The translations under genes were made by a program, and so were the position numbers. DNA of 64,000 bases from an uncultured Marivita sp. (lineage in GTDB: Bacteria > Pseudomonadota > Alphaproteobacteria > Rhodobacterales > Rhodobacteraceae), in the NCBI RefSeq assembly GCF_947488135.1, contig NZ_CANKYW010000011.1, positions 2,206 through 66,205 of the forward strand, written 5' to 3'. Below, piece by piece: positions 34,901 to 42,565 of this stretch. The stretch's first letter is position 1. Each line of letters opens with the position of its first letter. The notes beneath the pieces were generated by a model. The model was given only the letters and a program-made list of their open reading frames with translations, was not told the DNA's origin and ran no database searches.

Positions 34901-35232
34901 GTCGATCTTTTCGACTGACACGTCGTGCAGAAGAAAGCCTCGTTGAGATCGCCCTCTGGACCATCGAGACCTTCGGACCGGGTCAGGCGGATATCTACGA
35001 GGCGGAACTCCTTTCCCGTTGTGATGCTATCGTGAATGGCCAGGCACATAGCCGAAGCTGTTCAATTCTAGTCGATGACGCTGCAGACCTCAGATACTTG
35101 AGGGCAGGGGAGCATTTTCTGGTATTCCTGGATCGGCCTGAGGAGGTCATCATTGCCGATATCCTGCATTCCCGCAGCGATCTGCCGCGTCACATTGCGG
35201 CTCTGACAGCACTCAGACTCAATGACAGTTGA
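34897..35232 (+). CDS. parE: Toxin ParE
   Basis: 111 aa. ATGA overlap with parD. FRLTRRAEESLVEI..W, HFLVF...VIIADILHSRSD. Confidence 0.85.
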   Translation: MSRSFRLTRRAEESLVEIALWTIETFGPGQADIYEAELLSRCDAIVNGQAHSRSCSILVDDAADLRYLRAGEHFLVFLDRPEEVIIADILHSRSDLPRHIAALTALRLNDS

Positions 35233-35238
35233 ACTTAT

Positions 35239-36348
35239 TCAAAGGCCCGCGGCCTTGGTCAGGTTCACCCGGAACCGGTCGCGGCGGCGCTGGTAGCGGC
35301 GAGTCATCTCGGCGGAGGCATGGCCTAGCTGCTTTTGGACATAGCGTTCATCGATCTCGGCCGAACTGGCGAGGCCGGCGCGCAGTGAGTGACCAGAGAA
35401 GAGGGCGAGGCGGTCTTTCTCAGGCAGGTCCGACCGGATGCCGGCGTCAAGGACGGTGCGCTTGATCAGCCGAGCGACATGCTTGTCGTTGAGCCGTGCA
35501 TCGAGGGCGCGCTTGCCATCGCGCGAGGTGCCGACGAAGACCGGACCGAAGTCGATCTTCGCAAAGTGTAGCCATTGCTCGAGCGCGTGCACGGGGCAGG
35601 TCTGGTCCCTGGAGCCGCGGCCAATCTCGACTTCGCGCCAGCCAGTCTTGGCATTGAGGGTGAGCAGGGCACCCATGTCGAAGATTTCGATCCAGCCGCC
35701 AGAATCCGGTGTGTCATCCTTGTGAACGTCGAGGCTGACGATTTCCGAACGGCGCAGACCCCCGGCATAGCCAATCAGTAGGATCGCCCGATCTCGCAGC
35801 CCGCGCAGGTCGAAGGGCAGGGTGGCCACCATAGCGAGGATGTCTTCCGGCAGGATCGCTTCTTTCTGCTCGGGAGGGCGTGCGTGCTTGCGCTTGATCC
35901 CGGCCAGAACCGTGGCGATATGACGGTTCTTGCGATCAAGCGAAAAGCCGCGTTGTGCGTAGTTCCAGGCGAGACCCGAGAGGCGCCGGTCGATGGTGCT
36001 GACCGATAGGGCAGGGGAGGGGCCGGACCTGGAGGCCAGATCGGCGAGATACAGCCCGATCATCTCGGGCGAAGGAGGCAGGGGCTCTGTCCCCTTCAGC
36101 CGACACCAGCGCGTGAAATGCGCCCAGTCCTTCGCATAGGCCTTCAACGTGTTCTCCGAGGCCGATTGTCTTGCGTAATCCCGTGCGGTGTCGACCAGCC
36201 GATCCAGCCTGCCGGAGCCGGCAACAAACGAAGGGAGTGTCAGAGCATCGCTGGCAGACGGATCTCTCTCGTCATCTTCGTTGGGTGAGGGGCCGTTTGG
36301 TAGCTCCGAGTGCGATTTTTCGTGGTTTTCTGGCATGTCTCCCAGCAT
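35239..36348 (-). CDS. Tyrosine recombinase (Xer/integrase family)
   Basis: 369 aa. N-terminal core-binding domain. Catalytic-domain motifs GGLRRSE, HSLRAGLAS, RYQR. Confidence 0.85.
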   Translation of the reverse strand: MLGDMPENHEKSHSELPNGPSPNEDDERDPSASDALTLPSFVAGSGRLDRLVDTARDYARQSASENTLKAYAKDWAHFTRWCRLKGTEPLPPSPEMIGLYLADLASRSGPSPALSVSTIDRRLSGLAWNYAQRGFSLDRKNRHIATVLAGIKRKHARPPEQKEAILPEDILAMVATLPFDLRGLRDRAILLIGYAGGLRRSEIVSLDVHKDDTPDSGGWIEIFDMGALLTLNAKTGWREVEIGRGSRDQTCPVHALEQWLHFAKIDFGPVFVGTSRDGKRALDARLNDKHVARLIKRTVLDAGIRSDLPEKDRLALFSGHSLRAGLASSAEIDERYVQKQLGHASAEMTRRYQRRRDRFRVNLTKAAGL

Positions 36349-36356
36349 ACTTTTTT

Positions 36357-36385
36357 ATGTCCGATAATGCAAACTTATTGGACAC
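36357..36385. other. dif-like recombination core candidate, site 1
   Basis: ATGTCCGATAATGCAAACTTATTGGACAC has about 11-nt inverted arms around a 6-7 nt centre. Inner ATAA..TTAT as in dif. Starts 9 nt upstream of the recombinase start codon. Confidence 0.4.
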
Positions 36386-36461
36386 AGCGAAGATCAGCGA
36401 AGCGGGGCGGTTTCTACATCATATTGTGGACGAAAGCGCCGTGAGAGACTAGTGTTGTGGC

Positions 36462-37415
36462 ATGACATATCAGCCCGCCACCATCTCGAACGACCTGACT
36501 ACCCTACCGCAGCTTCCGGGATGGGTCACCTCAGCACGGGCAGAAACCCTTGAAACTGTGGCCTTTCGGTTGGGGGCGGCTCTCACGGTGCTCGATCAGT
36601 TGGTTTCCGATCCGCGGCATGGTGTGCCGGTGAGGCTGCTGGCCAATCGGCTGGCGCTGAGCGCGGCAACCGCCACCTCAAAACTGGAAGGACGGCTGGC
36701 GCGGGAGGCGGATATCCGGGATGCCTACCACCTAACGCCGCCCGGTGAGGCGCGGGGGCCCGATGGCGATCTGCTGGCCTTCTGGCGCGCGGCCGGTCGG
36801 TTGCGTTCCGGTGGGGTCGGTGCAATCGCCGATTTAGTTGGAGCGGAATTCGCGAGCTTCGTAGGAGTCTGGCTCGATGCGGGAATGAAGCGGTCCCGGA
36901 CCGATGGGCCGCTGGTGGGCTGCGTCGCCGTCCTACGTGCCGTGCTCGAGGTCGACGACCGGGCGGAGCGGGTCGCCTGCCTGTTCTCAGATGTTGTCCT
37001 GGCGCGGACGCTGAACTGGAAATTCGTGCTGCCGGTTTCGGCACAGCACCTCACAAAGACGGCGCTGCGGGAGCTGACCGCAGAAAGGGAGGGGGCCGAG
37101 CTGGCTGTTCAGGTACGAATCCTCGAGTGCATCCAAGAGACGATCCAGTTGGCAACGGACGTCGCCCGCCGCGCCACCGCCCTTCGCAGTGTCGCCCCCA
37201 AGCTGAGAGCGAAAGGATCGGACGCAGCGGTCGACCTGTTCCTGACCGAGGATGCCGTGGCCCCGTCGTCCATGCTGTCGCCGCGCATTCGAGGAACCAA
37301 CATTCCCATGACCGATCGGGCGGCGCGGCGGTTCTGCGACCGGTTGGTCGAGTTGGGTGTCGCACAAGAGCTAACCGGACGGCCGACGTTCCGGTTCTAC
37401 GGGATCGCGCCATGA
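36462..37415 (+). CDS. DUF1403-family protein
   Basis: 317 aa. C-terminal winged-helix-like MTDRAARRFCDRLVELGVAQELTGRPTFRFYG. ATGA overlap with the next gene. Confidence 0.7.
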   Translation: MTYQPATISNDLTTLPQLPGWVTSARAETLETVAFRLGAALTVLDQLVSDPRHGVPVRLLANRLALSAATATSKLEGRLAREADIRDAYHLTPPGEARGPDGDLLAFWRAAGRLRSGGVGAIADLVGAEFASFVGVWLDAGMKRSRTDGPLVGCVAVLRAVLEVDDRAERVACLFSDVVLARTLNWKFVLPVSAQHLTKTALRELTAEREGAELAVQVRILECIQETIQLATDVARRATALRSVAPKLRAKGSDAAVDLFLTEDAVAPSSMLSPRIRGTNIPMTDRAARRFCDRLVELGVAQELTGRPTFRFYGIAP

Positions 37416-38011
37416 CAGTCGCGACCCGGAAACGGAAATCCGCGGAGGAGGGCGGCGCCGTCTTCGATCGGGAGTTAGACGATCTTCCGCAAGAGCTACG
37501 CTGGCGGGAGTGGATGGTGCGGATCGAGGCGGTGCTCTTCGCCAGCGCGTCACCGGTCGGCCGCGACGACCTGGCACGCGTGGTGGGGCAGGGGGCCTCG
37601 GTGGAGATGTTGATCGACGATATCCGGGCCGAGTTGACCGGCCGTCCTTACGAACTGGCTCAGGTACCGGGTGGATGGATGTTCCGGACCAAGACGCAGT
37701 TTGCTGACGCCATTCAGGCCGCTGCCGACCTGGGCGATCAGTCGCTGGCCTTCACCGAGATGGAGATGGGCGTGCTTTGCGCCATCGCCTATCATCAGCC
37801 CATCGACCGCGCCGGCCTTGCAGACATCTTCGGCAAGGAGGTCAGCCGCGATCTGTTGGGCCGGCTGCGCCACAAGGAGCTGATCGCAAATGGTCCGCGG
37901 TCGCCGCGGCCGGGGGCGCCGCATACCTTCGTGACGACAGATACGTTTCTAGTGACCTTCGACCTGCAGAGCCTGCGGGACCTCCCGGAGCTTGAGCTAT
38001 CGAAGCCTTGA
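37412..38011 (+). CDS. ScpB-like double winged-helix protein
   Basis: 199 aa from ATG 37412. IEAVLFASASPV, GGWMFRTK, EMGVLCAIAYHQPIDRAGLADIFGKEVSRDLLGRLRHKELI follow the ScpB pattern. No scpA or smc nearby. Confidence 0.75.
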   Translation: MTVATRKRKSAEEGGAVFDRELDDLPQELRWREWMVRIEAVLFASASPVGRDDLARVVGQGASVEMLIDDIRAELTGRPYELAQVPGGWMFRTKTQFADAIQAAADLGDQSLAFTEMEMGVLCAIAYHQPIDRAGLADIFGKEVSRDLLGRLRHKELIANGPRSPRPGAPHTFVTTDTFLVTFDLQSLRDLPELELSKP

Positions 38012-38041
38012 TGTCCGAAATATGCAGTAAACTTCGGACAC
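38011..38041. other. dif-like recombination core candidate, site 2 (also a hairpin)
   Basis: ATGTCCGAAATATGCAGTAAACTTCGGACAC shares the blocks ATGTCCGA, ATGCA, AACTT and GGACAC in the same order and orientation as site 1. Perfect 7-bp arms GTCCGAA / TTCGGAC. Confidence 0.4.
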
Positions 38042-38166
38042 TTAACGTCGCCCGCTTTCAATCGGCCGGGCTTTGACTCTCAAACAGTCGGCGACTTGTC
38101 CGGAGCGCAAGTCCACGGGTATCAGAGTGCAACACGGCGTTGTGCGCTGTGAGGCATAGAATTGAC

Positions 38167-38222
38167 TTCTATAACTCAAAAATCTTCTATATGTGAGTTA
38201 TAGAAAGGAGTTCTATAACTCA
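38167..38222. promoter_or_regulatory. Three copies of TTCTATAACTCA (direct, inverted, direct) upstream of fic
   Basis: Copies at 38167-38178 (direct), 38194-38205 (reverse complement) and 38211-38222 (direct, ending on the A of the ATG). Set in a short AT-rich patch. Confidence 0.4.
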
Positions 38223-39337
38223 TGGCATGGAACTGGCAGGTACCGGGTTGGCCGGATTTCCAGTATGACGAGGCCGCACTGGCACCGCTTGAGCAGCGTT
38301 TCCTGATGTCGTCGGGCGAGGTCTTGGGGGCTGTCCACCATGTGAACCCGTCCGAGCGTGATCAACTCCGCATCGACCTGCTGAGCGATGAAGCAATGAA
38401 GACCAGTGCCATCGAGGGCGAGATGCTGGATCGGCGCAGTGTGCAATCCTCTCTTCGCCGCCACCTTGGATTGGAACCGGACAACTATCCGAACAAACCC
38501 CGAGAGCAAGGTGTGGCTGAGATGATGGTTGACGTTTACTCGACCTATGCCGAGCCCCTTACGCACGAAACCCTGTTTCGGTGGCATGAGATGCTTCTTG
38601 CCTTCGACAAGCGTCTGGAGGCCATCGGGTCATACTGGCAGCACGAGGATGCCATGCAGATCGTCTCGGGGCGTCTTGATCGCCCGGTCATACATTTTGA
38701 GGCCCCGCCATCTGCCCAGGTGCCGGAAGAGATGAACCGATATGTCGACTGGTTCAATCGGACAGCGCCAGATGACGAAGAGCCCTTGCCAGCATTGACG
38801 CGCGCCGGTCTCAGTCACCTTTACTTCGAAAGTGTCCACCCGTTTGAGGATGGGAATGGTCGCCTGGGCCGGGCCCTGGCCGAAAAATCCCTGGCTCAGA
38901 ACATTGGGCAACCGAGCCTCATCGCGCTGGCCTTCACCATCGAGCGAAAACGGAAGGACTACTACGATCAGCTTGAGCGGCACCAGAAGACGCTGGATGT
39001 CACTCCTTGGCTGGTCTGGTTTGCAGAGGCCGTTCTCGAAGCGCAGCAAGTTACCCTCGACCGCGTGGGCTTCTTCATTGCCAAGGCGCATTTCTATGAC
39101 CGGCATCGCGACGCGCTGAACGAAAGACAGGCCAAGGTGATCGAGCGGATGTTCCGGGAAGGGCCGGATGGGTTCAAAGGTGGGCTGAGCGCGGAGAACT
39201 ATATTTCGATCACGGGGACTTCCCGCGCGACGGCAACAAGGGATCTCCAGGAGCTTGTCGAGAACGGTGCCCTGACGCGCACCGGCGAACGCCGATACAC
39301 GCGGTACTGGCTCAAGCTTGAGGAGATGGGCGAATAG
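38222..39337 (+). CDS. Class II Fic-domain protein with C-terminal wHTH
   Basis: 371 aa. Active-site HPFEDGNGRLGRA. N-terminal inhibitory-helix motif TSAIEG. C-terminal TSRATATRDLQELVENGAL. Confidence 0.9.
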   Translation: MAWNWQVPGWPDFQYDEAALAPLEQRFLMSSGEVLGAVHHVNPSERDQLRIDLLSDEAMKTSAIEGEMLDRRSVQSSLRRHLGLEPDNYPNKPREQGVAEMMVDVYSTYAEPLTHETLFRWHEMLLAFDKRLEAIGSYWQHEDAMQIVSGRLDRPVIHFEAPPSAQVPEEMNRYVDWFNRTAPDDEEPLPALTRAGLSHLYFESVHPFEDGNGRLGRALAEKSLAQNIGQPSLIALAFTIERKRKDYYDQLERHQKTLDVTPWLVWFAEAVLEAQQVTLDRVGFFIAKAHFYDRHRDALNERQAKVIERMFREGPDGFKGGLSAENYISITGTSRATATRDLQELVENGALTRTGERRYTRYWLKLEEMGE

Positions 39338-39538
39338 TGCATCGTCGGCAGGGAAGGGCGGAGAGCTGACCTTTGCTGCAAGTGCGATACGACGCCGTCG
39401 GTGATCTAATAGCGGACATTCCCGGATTGCCGTAGCCGATCTCATTGCGGCCTTCGCGATTCGAGTGATCAGTGTCCGGCGGGGCTGGCGCCCCCCGCCC
39501 GCGCCAGGGGGCTGAATCCTGATGGCCGACCGAAGCCC

Positions 39539-40477
39539 TCAGCCGACGGAGCATTCCGGCCCGAGAGGCACGATGCCGGTGGGGTTCAGCGCCTTGATCG
39601 AGTAGTAGCCGCGCTTGATGTGGTCAATGCGGACCGTATCGCGCACCCCGGGGACAGCGAGGATACGGGCCTGGTAGCGGCTTAGGGCAGGGTAATCCGC
39701 GATGCGGCGCAGGTTGCACTTGAAGAGGCCGTGATAAGCCACGTCGAAGCGCACCAGCGTCACGAAGAGTCGCACATCGGCCTCGGTGAAGCGACCTCCC
39801 AAAAGGAACCCGCGACCGTCACCGAGGCGCTCCTCGAGTTCATTGAGCATTGCGAAAACCTCGCGGAATGCTTCCTCGTAGGCGACCTGCGTGGTGGCGA
39901 AGCCCGCGCGGTAAACGCCATTGCTCAAGCTCGGATAGATGCGGTCGTTGAGCACGTCGATCTCCTCGCGGAGGTCCGCCGGATAGAGATCGATGCTATG
40001 GTCGGCCAGATCTACGAAACCAGAGTTCAGCATCCGCAGGATATCGGCGGACTCGTTATTCACGATGGTCCCGCGCTTCTTGTCCCAGAGCACCGGCACC
40101 GTGGCTCGGCCCGAGATCGTCGGGTCGGCCCGGGTGTAGATTTCTTGCATGTAGGACGCGCCCTCGGCCTCGGTCGGATCGCCGAAGCGCCAGCCCTGGT
40201 CGGAGAGTTCCGGCTCGACGACGGAGATCGAGATCACGTCCTCGAGCCCCTTCAGCTTGCGGGCGATCAGCGTCCGGGACGCCCAAGGGCAGATCAGCGC
40301 CACATAGAGGTGGTAGCGGTCCGGCTCGGCCTTGAAGCCGCCCTCGCCGGTCGGCCCGGCGCTGCCGTCAGGTGTGACCCAGTTGCGGAAGCTGGAGGTC
40401 TGGCGGACGAAGCCGCCCTTTTCGTCCTTGGCCTGGACCGGCTGCCAGTCGGCAACCCATTTTCCGTCTCGAAGCAT
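39539..40477 (-). CDS. yqjG: Glutathionyl-hydroquinone reductase (Xi-class GST)
   Basis: 312 aa. FRNWVTPDG..GPTGEGGFKAEPDRYHLYVALICPWASRTLIARKLKGLE is nearly collinear with E. coli YqjG. Confidence 0.85.
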   Translation of the reverse strand: MLRDGKWVADWQPVQAKDEKGGFVRQTSSFRNWVTPDGSAGPTGEGGFKAEPDRYHLYVALICPWASRTLIARKLKGLEDVISISVVEPELSDQGWRFGDPTEAEGASYMQEIYTRADPTISGRATVPVLWDKKRGTIVNNESADILRMLNSGFVDLADHSIDLYPADLREEIDVLNDRIYPSLSNGVYRAGFATTQVAYEEAFREVFAMLNELEERLGDGRGFLLGGRFTEADVRLFVTLVRFDVAYHGLFKCNLRRIADYPALSRYQARILAVPGVRDTVRIDHIKRGYYSIKALNPTGIVPLGPECSVG

Positions 40478-40489
40478 GGTCGTCTCTCC

Positions 40490-41353
40490 TCAGGTCCTGA
40501 GCGTGATGGCGGTGCCCCAGGGGTCGTGTAGGGTCAGGCCGTCCTTGTTCGTGATGCCGGCAATACCGGCGCTTTCGGCGCGTACGGCAATGGCCGCGAG
40601 GTCTTGCGCGTTCCGGACGACAATCTCGACGGCATCGAGGCCCGCCATGCCTTCGGGGCGTTTGCCCGCCCGGCGGCTGTTCCAGACATTGCCGGCAAGC
40701 TGGTGGTGGTAGCCGCCGCTGCCGTAGAAGCTGGCGCCCGGATAGCGCGCCGCGATATCGAGGCCGAGCACGTCGCGGTAAAAGCTATCGGCCTCGCCCG
40801 TGTCGCCCACCTGCAGATGGACATGGCCGATGCTGCCGTTGTCGGGGAAGCCTGACCATTCTGTGCCTTCGGCGCTTTGCAGCAGGTTCTGCAGGACCAG
40901 CGGGTCGGTGCTCATCCGGATCTCGCCGCTCTCGCCGTGCCAGGCCGAGACCGGGCGGTCGGCATAGACCTCGATGCCGTTACCCTCGGGATCGGCGAGG
41001 TAGAGCGCCTCGCTGACGATATGATCCGAGGCCCCATGGAGCGGCACGCGCGCCTCGGCGGCGTGAGCGACCCAGCGCGCGAGGTCGGATCGGGTCGGCA
41101 TCAGGAACGCGGTGTGAAACAGACCGGCCTGCCGCGGATCGAGCGGGGAGAGTCTCGGGTCGCCCTCGAGTTCCAGAAGTGGCGTGCCGGCGGCGCCAAG
41201 AGTGACGCGATGGTCGCCGGTCGAGACCGGGCTGAGCCCGAGCACGCTCTGGTAGAAGGTGGAGACCGCATCGAGATCACGCACCTTGAGCCGGCCCGTC
41301 CCGATGCGCAGCGGTGCCGCATGCATGTCGAAGTCGTCGTTGGCAATGGTCAT
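40490..41353 (-). CDS. Two-domain VOC-family (glyoxalase/ring-cleaving dioxygenase-like) protein
   Basis: 287 aa. Duplicated beta-alpha-beta-beta-beta modules with GLFHTAF and IGHVHLQV. Confidence 0.7.
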   Translation of the reverse strand: MTIANDDFDMHAAPLRIGTGRLKVRDLDAVSTFYQSVLGLSPVSTGDHRVTLGAAGTPLLELEGDPRLSPLDPRQAGLFHTAFLMPTRSDLARWVAHAAEARVPLHGASDHIVSEALYLADPEGNGIEVYADRPVSAWHGESGEIRMSTDPLVLQNLLQSAEGTEWSGFPDNGSIGHVHLQVGDTGEADSFYRDVLGLDIAARYPGASFYGSGGYHHQLAGNVWNSRRAGKRPEGMAGLDAVEIVVRNAQDLAAIAVRAESAGIAGITNKDGLTLHDPWGTAITLRT

Positions 41354-41413
41354 GGAGGATCTCCTTGGGAAAGAGCGCGGCCGCGGGAGGGTCCCCGCGG
41401 CCTGCAGGGGAGG

Positions 41414-41836
41414 TCAGGCGAACTGGCCAAGTCGACGGTCGAGCTCCGGCACGCGCAGCGCGAAGGCTCCGCGCCCCAGTACGGCAACGACGCCTTGCAC
41501 GACCGCCCAGAACAGCGGGTATTCCCAGCCGCCCCCTTCGTTCGAGAAGCTCCAGCCGAAGCCGGAATGCGCCCAGGTCGCGCCCAGGAGGAGGGGGATC
41601 AGCGCGATGGAGACGAGGCGGGTGCCGAGGCCGAGGATCAGGGCGATACCGCCCGCCAGCTCTGCGATGATCGTGAAGTAGGCGAGCGCGCCGGGCAGGC
41701 CGAGGCTTTCGAAGAAGGCGACGGTGCCGGGGATCGTGAAGGTGCTCACCTTCATCCAGCCGTGAGCGAGGAACAGGACGCCGGTCGAGATGCGAAGGGC
41801 TGCGGCGGCGTAGTCGGTATTGGTTTGCGTGGTCAT
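41414..41836 (-). CDS. DoxX-family membrane protein
   Basis: 140 aa, four TM helices. LRISTGVLFLAHGWMK. Confidence 0.8.
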   Translation of the reverse strand: MTTQTNTDYAAAALRISTGVLFLAHGWMKVSTFTIPGTVAFFESLGLPGALAYFTIIAELAGGIALILGLGTRLVSIALIPLLLGATWAHSGFGWSFSNEGGGWEYPLFWAVVQGVVAVLGRGAFALRVPELDRRLGQFA

Positions 41837-41857
41837 GTCAGATGCTCCGTGGCGGTG

Positions 41858-42433
41858 TCAGGAAAACTGCCAGCGCGGCGCGATCCCGGTGCCGTGACCG
41901 AAGACGTAGCCGAACTGGATGTTCAGGAAGCCGATGGGCTCGAGGTAGCGGGCGTTGGCGAGCGGGCCGGCATCGACCGGCTCGAGGCCGATCTCGGCGG
42001 CCAGCGCCTTGACCGTCTCGCGCGCTTCGTCGTCATCGGCGGCGACGAAGGTCTGGATCGGCTGGCCATTCACCTTGAGGCCCGTGCCGTAGTGCTGCGC
42101 GAAGATCGTGTTGAAAGCCTTCACCACCGTCGCGCCGGCCAGCCGGGACGCGATCTCCTCGGCGGCCGAGGTCTCGTGCCCGACCTGGAGACCCGAGAAG
42201 TCCTCGGTCACCGGGTTCGAGACATCGATGACGGCCTTGCCGGTGAAGTCGGCCTTGCCGGCCAAATCGGCCGCGGCGCCGTAGGGCGTGGCCAGGACCA
42301 CCAGCTCCGCCCGGGAGACGGCGGCAGAGAGGTCGTCGTTGCGGCCGATGGTGGTCACCTCGTGGCCGGCCTGGCCCAGCACCTGGGCGAGCCCGGAGCC
42401 GACGTTTCCTTTGCCGATAATTGCGATACGCAT
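41858..42433 (-). CDS. NAD(P)-binding oxidoreductase (NADPH-dependent F420 reductase-like)
   Basis: 191 aa from ATG 42433. Rossmann motif MRIAIIGKGNVGSGLA. The longer track ORF extends upstream without support. Confidence 0.75.
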   Translation of the reverse strand: MRIAIIGKGNVGSGLAQVLGQAGHEVTTIGRNDDLSAAVSRAELVVLATPYGAAADLAGKADFTGKAVIDVSNPVTEDFSGLQVGHETSAAEEIASRLAGATVVKAFNTIFAQHYGTGLKVNGQPIQTFVAADDDEARETVKALAAEIGLEPVDAGPLANARYLEPIGFLNIQFGYVFGHGTGIAPRWQFS

Positions 42434-42565
42434 TTCATTTCTCCTTCGCTTCGCCACCCTCGGGGCGGCCTGTTGATCACTGAAGCGAAAGTAAGGCTTC
42501 CCAATATTCCATAAAATGACGATGTTATAGAATGACTGTCGCGATTTTGTTCTCAAAGGGCGCCC

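Noticed and set aside
40877-42514. 545-aa plus-strand ORF spanning three minus-strand genes.
   Set aside because: It has low-complexity R/G/A/E composition. The opposite strand encodes recognisable VOC, DoxX and Rossmann-fold proteins.
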